Positions 44,437 to 54,269 are shown, counted from the first letter of the stretch. The stretch: 54,640 bases of DNA from Vicinamibacterales bacterium (GCA_036795065.1 DAIRFN010000002.1:1-54640); one strand, 5' to 3'. Translations and numbers: made by a program. The notes: generated by a model from the sequence alone, not told the origin.

Positions 44437-46269
44437 CTACTCAGTTGCGCGCGAGATCTCGTCGGTCACCAGCTTCAGCGGAATGACCGTGGCCAGGGGC
44501 TCGCGCTCCATCTGCACGTTGTGCCCCTTCACGGGCGGCAGGTCCTCGAACATGTCGTGCCACTTCATCCGTTCCATCGGGTTGCTGGCCTGGAGCCAGG
44601 TCTCCGCGGTCATGGGCCGGTTGAAGACGTGTTCGGCCAGGCCGGCATACGCGGGCTGGCCGGCGAGGGCGGTGGCCACGTCGGCGCGCACCTGCTGCGA
44701 GGTCGTGTATGTGTACGGCAGTCCCAGCGCCGCCGCGACGGAGGTGAGGATCTGCCAGTCGTCCACGGCTTCGCCCGGCGGGTTGATGGCCCGCGACGCC
44801 GCCTGCACGCGGCCCTGATCGTTGGTGTAGGTGGCGTCCTTCTCCACCCATGCCGAGCCCGGCAGCACCACGTCGGCCACCTTCGCGACGGCCGTCGCCA
44901 GGACGCCCTGGTAGATGAGCACGGGGAGGCGTCCGCTCTTGCGCGCGTCGGCCAGCCACTGCAGGTCGCCCATGGAGCCGTCGGGCCCGGGGTCGAGCAC
45001 GTAGAGCACCGACACCCGTCCCTGCTCGACCGCCGACTTCAGGCCCGACAGGTCGGCCTCGCCCTCGAGGCCCGCGCCCACGTGCAATCCCAGCGCGCGC
45101 GCGCCCGAGACGTTCGGCGCGTCGGTGGCGGGGACGGGGAATTTCGTCTCGGCCGGCTGCTGCTTCTCGGTCCGCTTCCACGCCACGTGCACGTGGGAGA
45201 CGCCCTCGTCTCCCTTCATGTCCACGGCCAGGCGCTTCAGGAGGAACAGCTCCTCGAGCGAGGCGTGCGCCGATGCCAGCATGCGGACCGATCCCGCATC
45301 CTTGCGCCCGGCGTCGTTCAGCAGGTCGCGCACCTTCAGCAGCGCGTCCTTCCAGGTGACGGCCTGTTGCTGGCCATCCTTCGACAGGAGCTGCGGCCGG
45401 CGCAGGCGCTGGTCGCCCTCGACCCAGAGGTACTGGAACCGACCGATGTCGCACATCCAGTAGTCGTTGACGGCGGGGTTGTAGCGCGGCGTGATGCGCA
45501 CGAGGCGCGAGCCCTTCGCCCACTCGGGCTTGGCCTTCAGCCACGCCGTGGTGCTGCAGCCCTTCGAGCACAGCGTGCACGTGGTGGCCACCGCGTGCGG
45601 GTTGTCCCACGGCCGCGACCGGAAGCGGTACTGCTTCGTGGTGATCGCGCCCACCGGGCAGACGTCCATGAGGTTGCCCGAGAGCAGCGAGTGGATGCCC
45701 TGGTCGCCGAAGGTGGCAATCTCGGTGCCGTTACCGCGGTTGATGATTCCGATCTGCGCGTCACCGTCCACCTCGCGCATGAAGCGCTCGCACCGCGTGC
45801 ACATGATGCAGCGGTTACGGTTCAGCATCAGCGTCGGGCCGAAGTCCACGTCGGCCTTCACGCCCTCACCGTCGAAGGTGCGCCGCGGGAAGTCCATGCG
45901 GCTCTGGGCGTTCCCGAACTTGTAGGAGAAGTCCTGCAGCGGGCACTCGCCGCCCTTGTCGCAGACCGGGCAGTCGAGCGGGTGATTGATCAGCAGGAAC
46001 TCGAACACGCCCGCGCGGCCTTCCACGGCCTCGGGGTCCTTCGTGTGCACCACCATGCCCTCCGCCACAGGCGTCGAGCACGACGTCTGCAGTTTCGGCA
46101 TCTTCTCGATCTTCACGAGGCAGACGCGGCACGACGCGTCGATGCCGAGACCGGGGTGATAGCAGTAGAAGGGAATCTGGATTCCGGCTTCGATGGCGGC
46201 CTGCAGCACGGTGGTGCCCTTGGGCACCGAGAGTTGCTGCCCATCGATGGTCAACGTGACTTTTTCCAC
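44437..46269 (-). CDS. nuoG: NuoG-like NADH dehydrogenase 75-kDa subunit homologue (2Fe-2S + 4Fe-4S + molybdopterin-oxidoreductase fold), isolated from any nuo operon
   Basis: 610 aa. N-terminal ferredoxin-like region (CYHPGLGIDASCRVCLVKIE), HPLDCPVCDKGGECPLQD, and CIMCTRCERF...DVCPVGA. GTG start at 46269. Confidence 0.82.
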   Translation of the reverse strand: MEKVTLTIDGQQLSVPKGTTVLQAAIEAGIQIPFYCYHPGLGIDASCRVCLVKIEKMPKLQTSCSTPVAEGMVVHTKDPEAVEGRAGVFEFLLINHPLDCPVCDKGGECPLQDFSYKFGNAQSRMDFPRRTFDGEGVKADVDFGPTLMLNRNRCIMCTRCERFMREVDGDAQIGIINRGNGTEIATFGDQGIHSLLSGNLMDVCPVGAITTKQYRFRSRPWDNPHAVATTCTLCSKGCSTTAWLKAKPEWAKGSRLVRITPRYNPAVNDYWMCDIGRFQYLWVEGDQRLRRPQLLSKDGQQQAVTWKDALLKVRDLLNDAGRKDAGSVRMLASAHASLEELFLLKRLAVDMKGDEGVSHVHVAWKRTEKQQPAETKFPVPATDAPNVSGARALGLHVGAGLEGEADLSGLKSAVEQGRVSVLYVLDPGPDGSMGDLQWLADARKSGRLPVLIYQGVLATAVAKVADVVLPGSAWVEKDATYTNDQGRVQAASRAINPPGEAVDDWQILTSVAAALGLPYTYTTSQQVRADVATALAGQPAYAGLAEHVFNRPMTAETWLQASNPMERMKWHDMFEDLPPVKGHNVQMEREPLATVIPLKLVTDEISRATE

Positions 46270-46275
46270 TCAGAA

Positions 46276-46716
46276 ATGATACTTCAGGGGCGACATGGCG
46301 CGCAGGGAGGCCCGCTGAGGTCCGTCGCTGAATGGCTGTTCGCGCTCGGCATCCTGGGTGCCGTGGCCTGGGTGGGAGCCCCGCTCATCCTGCAGTGGAT
46401 CCCGCAGATGTCGTCGACTGTCACGCTGGTCGAGTCGGCGCTGCCCGCCCTGCCGCTGGGGGTGCCCCCGGGCGCCGAGAGCGTGCCCTTCCTGGTGCTG
46501 GTCGACGGCGCCGAGATCCGGCGGGGCATGGCCGAAAACGAGCTCAGGGACAGCGGCGTGTCGCGGTGGGCCGTCGGATCCGCCACCACCGAGCCCGGGG
46601 TGATTGACGAGCGGCTCATCTTCCCGTACCGCGCCGCCGGCACCCGCTTCTGGGTGGTGCTCGATCGGATCGAGGCGGGGAAGCAACGGCAGGTGACGGC
46701 GATCTATCTGCCGTAG
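46276..46716 (+). CDS. Hypothetical membrane-anchored protein
   Basis: This is the 3' part of the otherwise antisense 817-aa ORF 44263-46716. From ATG 46276: MILQGRHGAQGGPLRSVAEWLFALGILGAVAWVGAPLILQW (TM segment) followed by a domain of about 100 aa. Third-position GC is strongly high. Confidence 0.55.
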   Translation: MILQGRHGAQGGPLRSVAEWLFALGILGAVAWVGAPLILQWIPQMSSTVTLVESALPALPLGVPPGAESVPFLVLVDGAEIRRGMAENELRDSGVSRWAVGSATTEPGVIDERLIFPYRAAGTRFWVVLDRIEAGKQRQVTAIYLP

Positions 46717-46756
46717 GGGAACGGGGTCCGGTACCCGGGTTCCGCGCCGGAGGCGG

Positions 46757-49531
46757 CTACCGCACCCGATCGAAATGGGCGAGGGCGGCGTCGTCCTGGT
46801 TCAACTCAACCGTCCGGACACTTCCGTTCACAGGGATGCGGGCTTCGGTGACGGGCTCTGTTGCCAGCACCACCTGCTCGGTGACCCGGCCATCCGAGTG
46901 CTGAATCGTGACCGTCACCGGCACGTCGAAGATGTCGCCCGACTGCTCGATGCGCACGGTCACCTCCTCTGCCGAGACGGCGGTGGCGTAGCGCAGGTGG
47001 GGAATGCCCGAGTCGAAGATCCACCGGTCGAAGAACCGCGAGAGGTCGCGCCCGCTTTCCGCTTCCATGGCCTTCCGCAGGTCTTCGGTTCCAGCCTTGC
47101 GGAAGCGGTTCTCGCGGTAATAGCGCTGCACGCCCCTGAAGAACGCCTCGTCGCCCACGAACCGGCGCAGCATGTGCAGCACCGCGGCGCCCTTGTTGTA
47201 GACCAGCGCCCGGAAGATGCGCGATTCGCCCTTGATGTGCCCGAGGCGATAGCCGAGATAGACGGGGCCCTCGTCCGACATCTCGAGGCTCCAGCGCCGG
47301 AACTGCTTGAGGATGTCGCGGAACGTGCCCTCGCCGCGCCGCTCGCGGGCAAAGAGCGCGGCCATGTATTGGGCGAAGCCCTCGCTCAGCCACTGCTCGT
47401 GGTAGTTCTTCCAGCCCACCGCTTGACCGAACCACTGGTGCGCGAGCTCGTGCGCGAGGAAGAACTCGGGGAACCCCGAGAAGTGCGCCGGATCGTTTCT
47501 CCACGAGAAGGGGGTGGTTGGCAACGGATTGTTGATGACCGCGACATACGCGGGCGCATGGCCCCCCGGCAGTTTGTGCTCGACCATGGCGACCGTCAGC
47601 GAGTCGTACGGCACGTCGCCGACGATGGCGGCATAGAACCGGAGGCCTTCCGCAATGGTCGGCAGCGCGCTGCGGCCGCGGCCCTCCTGCCGCCGGTTGG
47701 CTTCGACCGCCAGCTCCACCGTGTTGCGCGAGCCCACGGGCGGAATGGCCGGCGCCCCCTGCGACGCGCCGCCGTTGGTGCCAGCCGGCCGCAGATCCTT
47801 GGGTGGGATGATGTCAAGGGCGACCGTCGCCGCGTCCGCCCGCGACAGGCGGCTCACGACCATGCTGAGGTACCGCACCGGCTGGTCGGCGGTGAACGCA
47901 TAGAGTGATTGGCCGCCCTGGCCGTCGGCCTGGGCGCCGGTGGTGACCGGTGAGCCGGACGCATGCAACCCGCTGGCGACCACCGTGTACTCCGACGGGA
48001 CGGTGATGCGCATCGTCGCCATCGCGTAGTCGGTGACCGACGCCTGCGGATACCACTGGGCGCGGTTGCTGAACAGCCAGTTCGGCTCGGGAGCGACGAT
48101 GGGACCCTCCTCCGGTTGGTCGAACGATCGTGTGCGTCCCGCGCTCTGCTCGTCCGGCGACACGTCTACCGAGTCGTCGTTGATGCCCTGTTGGGGCATC
48201 CTGCCCTGATAGCTGACGGTCAGCACGAGTTGAAAATCGCGGCCGACCGGCGAGGGCAGGTTGATGACGATGCCGTTCTGGTTCCTGACGCGCAGGAAGA
48301 GCAGGCGGCCGAACTGGTCGCTCACCACCGAGTTCACCGTGAGCGCATCGGCGAGCTTCAGCTGAATGACGGAGAGGGCGAAGGCCTTTACGCGGAGGCG
48401 CAGGCGCGTGCTGCCCTCCAACCAGTCGCGCCCGGGTGAAAACGTGCTGTCCACGGTGTAGTCGAGCACGTCGTACTCGACCAGGTCGTCCTCGTTGTAG
48501 TACTCGCCGCGGCTCGCCAGCTTTGCCTCGGAGGCGTAGACGGAGATGTTGCGCTTCCGCGCGCGCTGGAACAGCGAGACGTCCTCGGGCTCGCCGGTGG
48601 AGCGCGCGAAGGTGAGCTTGTCGAAGCGGCGCGTGCGCACCTCGGCGACGAAATCGCCCGGCTGCGGCAGCAGCGACCAGGTGTCGCGGCTGAGATCACT
48701 CAAGTCGAGCGTGAACGAGTTCGCGACATCGTCCTCGAACACCTGCTGCGCGCGCCGGAAGGCGCGGTTGTCCACCGCCTCCACGGGCGCGAGCGACGAC
48801 TCGGCCACCAGGGTGCGGTACTCGAACGGGCTGATCCGCAGGAGCGCCGTGGTGAACGCCGCGTCGAGTTCCTCGGTGCCGGCGAAGATGCGTACCTGTC
48901 CGCGCTCCACCTTCGGCGTGGGCGAAAAGACGATGTTCCCGTCGCCCAGCAGAACGAGCGCGGTGACGCCTTCGGGCGTTTCGGCCACGAACACCTGGCC
49001 GGCGGGCAGGTGCACCTGGAAATCCACCGACTTGATCACCAGGTTCTGTGCCGCGAACTGCTTGTCGGGATGGAGCACCAGACGGTGCAGCCCTTCGATG
49101 GACGACAGCCGATCCTGCGCCACGATCCGCCAGGGTTGCCGGTCTTCGGTCTCGCCCCGCGGCTTGCGGATGTCGAGGTTCCAGGTGGCAATGCGGCCGC
49201 GCGGGCCGGTTTCGAGGAACACCTCGGTGACGAGGCTGTAACCGTCCCCGGGCAGGGCGCCGAGCAGCGGCGCGCGGGCCCGCTCTTTCACGACCACGCG
49301 CGTGATGCCCTGCGGCACCATCGCATCGAAGAACTCCAGCGCCTGCTCGCGGTCGGCATTGGCCGACAACAGGTCGGTCCAGCGCTGCCGGTCCATCGTC
49401 GAGATGGCGGTCTCGACGGCCTGCAGGAAGAACTGGATGGACAGATCTTCAGCGCTCAGCGGCTCGGTCTGGGCCGCCGCTGGCCGGGTGAACAGCAGGA
49501 GAGCGAGGCAGAAGAAGAGCAGCCCTCGCAT
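46757..49531 (-). CDS. Secreted M1-family (gluzincin) metallopeptidase
   Basis: 924 aa. Signal peptide MRGLLFFCLALLLFTRPAAAQ, zinc site HELAHQWFG...(18 aa)...WLSEGFAQY (HExxH-x18-E), and a large N-terminal extension. Confidence 0.85.
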   Translation of the reverse strand: MRGLLFFCLALLLFTRPAAAQTEPLSAEDLSIQFFLQAVETAISTMDRQRWTDLLSANADREQALEFFDAMVPQGITRVVVKERARAPLLGALPGDGYSLVTEVFLETGPRGRIATWNLDIRKPRGETEDRQPWRIVAQDRLSSIEGLHRLVLHPDKQFAAQNLVIKSVDFQVHLPAGQVFVAETPEGVTALVLLGDGNIVFSPTPKVERGQVRIFAGTEELDAAFTTALLRISPFEYRTLVAESSLAPVEAVDNRAFRRAQQVFEDDVANSFTLDLSDLSRDTWSLLPQPGDFVAEVRTRRFDKLTFARSTGEPEDVSLFQRARKRNISVYASEAKLASRGEYYNEDDLVEYDVLDYTVDSTFSPGRDWLEGSTRLRLRVKAFALSVIQLKLADALTVNSVVSDQFGRLLFLRVRNQNGIVINLPSPVGRDFQLVLTVSYQGRMPQQGINDDSVDVSPDEQSAGRTRSFDQPEEGPIVAPEPNWLFSNRAQWYPQASVTDYAMATMRITVPSEYTVVASGLHASGSPVTTGAQADGQGGQSLYAFTADQPVRYLSMVVSRLSRADAATVALDIIPPKDLRPAGTNGGASQGAPAIPPVGSRNTVELAVEANRRQEGRGRSALPTIAEGLRFYAAIVGDVPYDSLTVAMVEHKLPGGHAPAYVAVINNPLPTTPFSWRNDPAHFSGFPEFFLAHELAHQWFGQAVGWKNYHEQWLSEGFAQYMAALFARERRGEGTFRDILKQFRRWSLEMSDEGPVYLGYRLGHIKGESRIFRALVYNKGAAVLHMLRRFVGDEAFFRGVQRYYRENRFRKAGTEDLRKAMEAESGRDLSRFFDRWIFDSGIPHLRYATAVSAEEVTVRIEQSGDIFDVPVTVTIQHSDGRVTEQVVLATEPVTEARIPVNGSVRTVELNQDDAALAHFDRVR

Positions 49532-49556
49532 AATGGCAATTAGACGCCCCTGGCGG

Positions 49557-50750
49557 CTAAGTGGCTACCGAATTCGTCACACGACTCAACACAAGTACGG
49601 TCAGGTCGTCCGAGAGGCGCTGGTCGCGGCGGTGGCGCTCCACGGCACCGAAGATCGCTCGACCCAGCTCGGCTGCAGCCGAGGTGCCGTAGGCCCCGGC
49701 GTGCAGCGCGAGGGTGCGCTCGAGGCCGGCCTCGTCGAAGGGGGTGCCGTCGGGGCTCTCGGCCTCGGTGATGCCATCGCTGTACATGATGAGGGCGTCG
49801 CCTGGCCCGAGGTCGATATGTCCCTGTTCGTACTCGGAGCCCTCGAACATCCCCAGCGCCACGCCGCCTGTGCTGAGGCGCACGATGCTGCCGTCCTGCC
49901 GGCGCAGCAGGGGCGGGGTCTGCCCGGCGTTGACGAAGTGGAGGTGGCCGGTGGCAGGGTTGTACGAGGCGAGAAACAGCGTGATGAACCGTGAGGCCGG
50001 CGCGTGCCTGGCGACCTGGACGTTCAGCCGGCGTGCCAGGGCCGGCAAGGGCAGGTTGTCGTCCACGAGCGTCCGGAGCATGGCCAGCAGCAGCGCCATC
50101 AGGAGGGCGGCCGGGCTGGCCTTCCCCGCGACGTCGCCCAGGGCGATGATGACCGTGCCGTCGGGTCTGGGCAGGATGTCGTAGAAGTCGCCGCCCACCG
50201 TGTTGGCCGGCTGGGTGAGGCCAAAGGCCTCGACGTCGGGGCCCGACCACGTGCCTTCGGGCAACATCGCTCTCTGGATTTCGCGCGCCACCTCGAGGTC
50301 GCGCTTCAGCGACAGGCGGTCGGCCACCTCGAGCAGCACGAGGAGGTTCAGCAGCAGGAAGCCGGAGAGCAGCCAGAGCGTGCCGTCGGCGAACACGGGC
50401 CCCGGCACGCCGAAGCGCACGAAGAACAGCGCGATGGGCAACCGGAAGCTCATGACGCCGAAGCCCTGGAACAGCTCGAAGAGGCCGATCACCGAGGTGA
50501 ACAGCGCCGCGCCGTAGATGGCTCGCCGAGCCGGCGACAGGCGCATGGTGAAGGCCAGGAAGAAGGCCTGGACGTACTTCACCGCCCGACGGTGCCACGA
50601 CAGGCCTTCGAGCTCCGCGGTGTTCACGCCGCGGGCAAAGAACCGGTAGGCCTCGGGCGTTTCGCGCGTGAAGAGCCTGCCCAGGTCCTCGGCGTTGAGG
50701 TCCTGAGTGTAGGTGGAGAGGAAATCCCGCGCCTTCGACCCGGGCGGCAT
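49557..50750 (-). CDS. Membrane-bound PP2C/SpoIIE-family serine phosphatase
   Basis: 397 aa with about 4 TM segments and then PP2C motifs (VGGDFYDI, LGDVAGKASPAAL, MYSDGITEA, SDDLTVLVL). Confidence 0.85.
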   Translation of the reverse strand: MPPGSKARDFLSTYTQDLNAEDLGRLFTRETPEAYRFFARGVNTAELEGLSWHRRAVKYVQAFFLAFTMRLSPARRAIYGAALFTSVIGLFELFQGFGVMSFRLPIALFFVRFGVPGPVFADGTLWLLSGFLLLNLLVLLEVADRLSLKRDLEVAREIQRAMLPEGTWSGPDVEAFGLTQPANTVGGDFYDILPRPDGTVIIALGDVAGKASPAALLMALLLAMLRTLVDDNLPLPALARRLNVQVARHAPASRFITLFLASYNPATGHLHFVNAGQTPPLLRRQDGSIVRLSTGGVALGMFEGSEYEQGHIDLGPGDALIMYSDGITEAESPDGTPFDEAGLERTLALHAGAYGTSAAAELGRAIFGAVERHRRDQRLSDDLTVLVLSRVTNSVAT

Positions 50751-50831
50751 GAGGAGTACTACGACCCTATCTGACGCCCGGTTCCCGCGAGAAGCGGCCA
50801 GGCCCGTCGAACCGAGTATACGGCCGTTCCC

Positions 50832-52799
50832 CTACCGCGGCAGCTCGTACAGCGCATCCCCGTCGGCGAAGCGCTCGAGGAGCCGCGCGCCGCGCGACTC
50901 GAGCCACGCCATCAGCGCCGTGGGTGCTCCCGCGTCGGCATACGCGGAGGGGTGCACCGCGACGTGGGTCGTGCGCGCGTCGAGGAGCGTCTGCCATGCG
51001 GCGTCGCCCTCCGACGAGAAGCGCCGGAGCCTGGCGACCCGGGCGAGGTATCCCGGGGGAACGCTACCGCTGTACCCGTTCAGAATCGGCTGCCGGTGCG
51101 CGGCGGCGTAGTACACGTAGCGAATCTCCCACGCGTCGTCGCCGAACGGGAACTCGCCCACGACGGTGCCCGGCGGCAGGCCGCGCAGCCGCTGGTAGAT
51201 CGGCGGAGCGTCCGCGGCTGGAAACACGCGACCGGGGGGAGTGGCCTCGTTGGTGCCCCACGTGCCGTTGACGGGCAGTGGGATGGCGATCCCGTCGGCG
51301 ACCACCAGCAACGCGACGACACCGAGGACGGCGGGCGCGCGGCGCACGCGCGCGACCGCGGCCGTGCCGTAGCCAGCCATGACGGACAGGAACAGCCCGG
51401 CGACCATCGCGTAGCGCGCCGGCACGCGCACCCCGGTGAACCCGGGCACGTGCTCGTACAAGACGCCGTATAGGCCCAGCCCCGGCAGACGTTGTGTGCC
51501 GGCGAAGGGCATCGGGCCGAGCGACAGCCAGACGGCAAGCGCGGTGAGGCCGCCCATGAACACAGCCGGCGATGCGATGACGCGCCGCGCGACGGCGCGC
51601 GCGCGCGGCGATGCGATGAGCAGCGCCACCAGGAAGACCACGGCCTGTGCCAGCGCGCGAAGTGGCCGCGAGGCGCGGATGGACAAGCCCGCCCCGGCGA
51701 GCCTGAAACCGCCGACCATGAGCGTGCTGAGCAGCACCAGCGTCTGCACGGTCACCGCGAGAGCCAGCACGATGGCGACGGCACGCCGCGGGGCCGACAG
51801 CGGGGGCAGGTCGCGGGCGCCGCGGTACGCGTCCCTCGCCACGGCTCCCACGGCAAGGGCGGCCAGGACCAGGACGGTGACGCCGAGGAACGTAGCGCCC
51901 TCGGGCCCCGCGTGCAGTCTGAGGAGCCGTCCCCACACGAGGAGCGACTCAGAGGCGGTCGCGTACGACCAGACATTCGCCGAGAACGCGCGCACCTCGT
52001 CGAGCGACCGCGCGAAACCGTAGAGCCGTTGCACCTCGATGTAGGGCAGCAGGAACGGCACGGTGACCGCGGCGGCGACAACGCCAGCGGCGGACAAGGC
52101 CAGCCACGCGCGCAGGTCTTTCAGTCGACGGGCCGCCCACAGCTGCTGGACGACGAAGAGCGGCACGAAGGGCGCGAAGTAGAGGAGGTAGTAGCCGCAC
52201 GACAGGTTCTGCATGACGAGCGCCGCGGCGCCACCAACGAGCCCGCGTGCGGAACGGTGCGCGATGTAGCGGTGGAACCCCCACAACGACAGCGGCATCC
52301 ACTGCGCGCTCAGAATCTGCAGGTGCGGCACCTGCGCGATGCGGTAGGGCAGGAAGCCGAACGCGAGGCCGGCAACGGCGCCGGCCCGCCAGTCGCCGGT
52401 GAGATCCCGGACCAGCAGGTACATGCCGGTCGCCGAGAGGACGAACGTCGAGAGGAAGATCAGGTTGTAGCCGAGGATGATGTTGCCGGTGAGCGCGTAG
52501 ACGGGCGCCACCTGGAGGACCTGGGCGAGGAGGTGCTCCGAGAGTGCGAGGCTGTAGGGCTCGGGGTGGAAGATGCCGGCGTTCCAGAATCCCTGCCACG
52601 ACGTGGCGCCGGTGAGGAGGCCGGGAGCGTGGTCGGCTCCCCACGCCAGGATCCACATGTTCAGCAGCGAGTCACCGAGGTCGCCCGGGACATCGCGGCC
52701 GAGCCCGAGCGCGAGCGGCCAGGTGACCACGATGGTGAGGGCGATGTAGCCCAGCACCACCAGCGGTAGCCGCGAGTCTCGCGCGGCTGGTGCGCTCAC
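50832..52799 (-). CDS. Large polytopic membrane protein (possibly a GT-C-like glycosyltransferase) with a C-terminal soluble domain
   Basis: The start is trimmed to GTG 52799, which overlaps the aminotransferase stop (GTGA). About 13-15 hydrophobic segments, then a C-terminal domain of about 180 aa. The upstream 243 codons of ORF 50832-53528 lie inside the aminotransferase gene and were discarded. Confidence 0.6.
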   Translation of the reverse strand: MSAPAARDSRLPLVVLGYIALTIVVTWPLALGLGRDVPGDLGDSLLNMWILAWGADHAPGLLTGATSWQGFWNAGIFHPEPYSLALSEHLLAQVLQVAPVYALTGNIILGYNLIFLSTFVLSATGMYLLVRDLTGDWRAGAVAGLAFGFLPYRIAQVPHLQILSAQWMPLSLWGFHRYIAHRSARGLVGGAAALVMQNLSCGYYLLYFAPFVPLFVVQQLWAARRLKDLRAWLALSAAGVVAAAVTVPFLLPYIEVQRLYGFARSLDEVRAFSANVWSYATASESLLVWGRLLRLHAGPEGATFLGVTVLVLAALAVGAVARDAYRGARDLPPLSAPRRAVAIVLALAVTVQTLVLLSTLMVGGFRLAGAGLSIRASRPLRALAQAVVFLVALLIASPRARAVARRVIASPAVFMGGLTALAVWLSLGPMPFAGTQRLPGLGLYGVLYEHVPGFTGVRVPARYAMVAGLFLSVMAGYGTAAVARVRRAPAVLGVVALLVVADGIAIPLPVNGTWGTNEATPPGRVFPAADAPPIYQRLRGLPPGTVVGEFPFGDDAWEIRYVYYAAAHRQPILNGYSGSVPPGYLARVARLRRFSSEGDAAWQTLLDARTTHVAVHPSAYADAGAPTALMAWLESRGARLLERFADGDALYELPR

Positions 52800-53998
52800 G
52801 CGAAAGCGTACGCCGCCATCTCGTCGTAGATCTCGCCGAGCTCCTGGGGCGAGGCCAGGAAGACGACGCGGAAGAAGCCGTCGGCCGCGTCGGTGCCGAA
52901 GCCCGAGCCGTAGACCACGAGAATGCCGGTGGCTTTGAGCAGGCCCAACACGTAGTCCTTGTCGGTCTTGCCAGGCGGCAGTGTCATCTTCGGCATCGCG
53001 TAGAACGCGCCCTTCGGCTTCACGCACGACATCCCGGGAATACTGTTCAACCGCTCGGTCGTGAGCTCGGCGCGCAGGCGCAGCTCGCGGCGGAAGCCGT
53101 CCTGGTGCGAGCGGTCGCCCGTGAGCGCCGCGGTGACCGCGTACTGCATGGGTCCCGGGCTGCAGAGGCGTCCATCCGCGAGCTTCTTGATGGCGGCCAG
53201 TGCCGGATCGAGGCGCGGGGTGCGACCCACGGCCATCCAGCCCGCGCGCCAGCCGGGCGCGAGGTAGGCCTTCGAGAGGCTGGAGTAGGAAATGATGGCC
53301 GCGTCGGGCGCGAGCAGCGCCATCGGCGGCACCGGCCCGTCGTAGGCCAGGTCTCCGTACACCTCGTCTGCGAGGATGACCAGTCCGTGCTGCTCGGCGA
53401 TGTCGATGAGGGCGCGCCGCATGTCGTCCGAGTAGATGGCGCCGGTCGGATTGTTCGGATCGATCACCACCAGCGCGCGCGTCTTCGGCGTGATGGCCTT
53501 CTTGATGTGATCCAGATCGGGCTGCCACCCGTGGGTGTGGTCGGTGCGGTAGTACACCGGCGTCGCGCCGATCTTCGCGAGCACGGCGGTGTAGAGCGGA
53601 TACGTGGGCGAGGGTACCAGCACCTCTTCGCCGTCGTCCACGATGCCGGTGAGCGCCAGCTCGATGCCCTCGGAGGTGCCTGAGGTGATGAGGACGCGGT
53701 CGGGCGAGGTCTCGACCCCACGCCTGGTGAAGTCGGCCGCCACCGCCTCGCGCGCGTCAACGATACCCGGCGAGGCCGTGTAGCCGTTGTGGCCGTCGCG
53801 CATGGCCTTGGCCACGGCTTCGATGAGGTGCGGGGGGGTGACGAACCCGAACTGGATCGGGTCCCCGATGTTCAGGTACCGGACCTTCTTGCCAGCAGCC
53901 TCGACCTTTTTCGCCTCGGCAACGATATTGCGAATGGCGTAGGTGAAGCGGTCAACGCGCTTGGCGGTGCGGATGGCGGCGGTGGTGGCGGTGGACAC
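52796..53998 (-). CDS. alaA: PLP-dependent class I aminotransferase, AlaA (glutamate-pyruvate) type
   Basis: 400 aa. YAIRNIVAEAKKVEAAGKKVRYLNIGDP, NPNNPTGA, and SLSKAYLAPGWRAGW (PLP Lys). Collinear with E. coli AlaA by eye. Confidence 0.85.
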   Translation of the reverse strand: MSTATTAAIRTAKRVDRFTYAIRNIVAEAKKVEAAGKKVRYLNIGDPIQFGFVTPPHLIEAVAKAMRDGHNGYTASPGIVDAREAVAADFTRRGVETSPDRVLITSGTSEGIELALTGIVDDGEEVLVPSPTYPLYTAVLAKIGATPVYYRTDHTHGWQPDLDHIKKAITPKTRALVVIDPNNPTGAIYSDDMRRALIDIAEQHGLVILADEVYGDLAYDGPVPPMALLAPDAAIISYSSLSKAYLAPGWRAGWMAVGRTPRLDPALAAIKKLADGRLCSPGPMQYAVTAALTGDRSHQDGFRRELRLRAELTTERLNSIPGMSCVKPKGAFYAMPKMTLPPGKTDKDYVLGLLKATGILVVYGSGFGTDAADGFFRVVFLASPQELGEIYDEMAAYAFA

Positions 53999-54012
53999 GG
54001 AGAGACATGGTA

Positions 54013-54071
54013 GCAGGGTGCAGAGTGCGGGGTGCAGGGTGCGAGTGCGGGTGCAGGGTGCGGAGTGCCGG
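54013..54071. repeat. G-rich degenerate tandem repeat (about 19-nt unit GTGCAGGGTGCGAGTGCGG, x3; GTGC every 6-8 nt)
   Basis: Read directly at 54013-54031, 54032-54050 and 54051-54071. It lies 15 nt upstream of the aminotransferase GTG (53998, minus strand), so it is C-rich in that transcript. Confidence 0.85.
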
Positions 54072-54269
54072 ACTGGACAGCGGATTCGCGCGGGGTGCCC
54101 CAGAATCGAAGGTGACGTGCCGATATAGGCGTCAGGGAACCGGCAGGCCTCGTGTAAAAGCTACACGCTTACATGAGGTCGGGGACGCAATCGGCGCCGT
54201 GAAATGTGGCTTAACTCAATGTTTTCAATACCTTACTCACTTGGTACGGTTCGTGGATATAGGAGGGGC

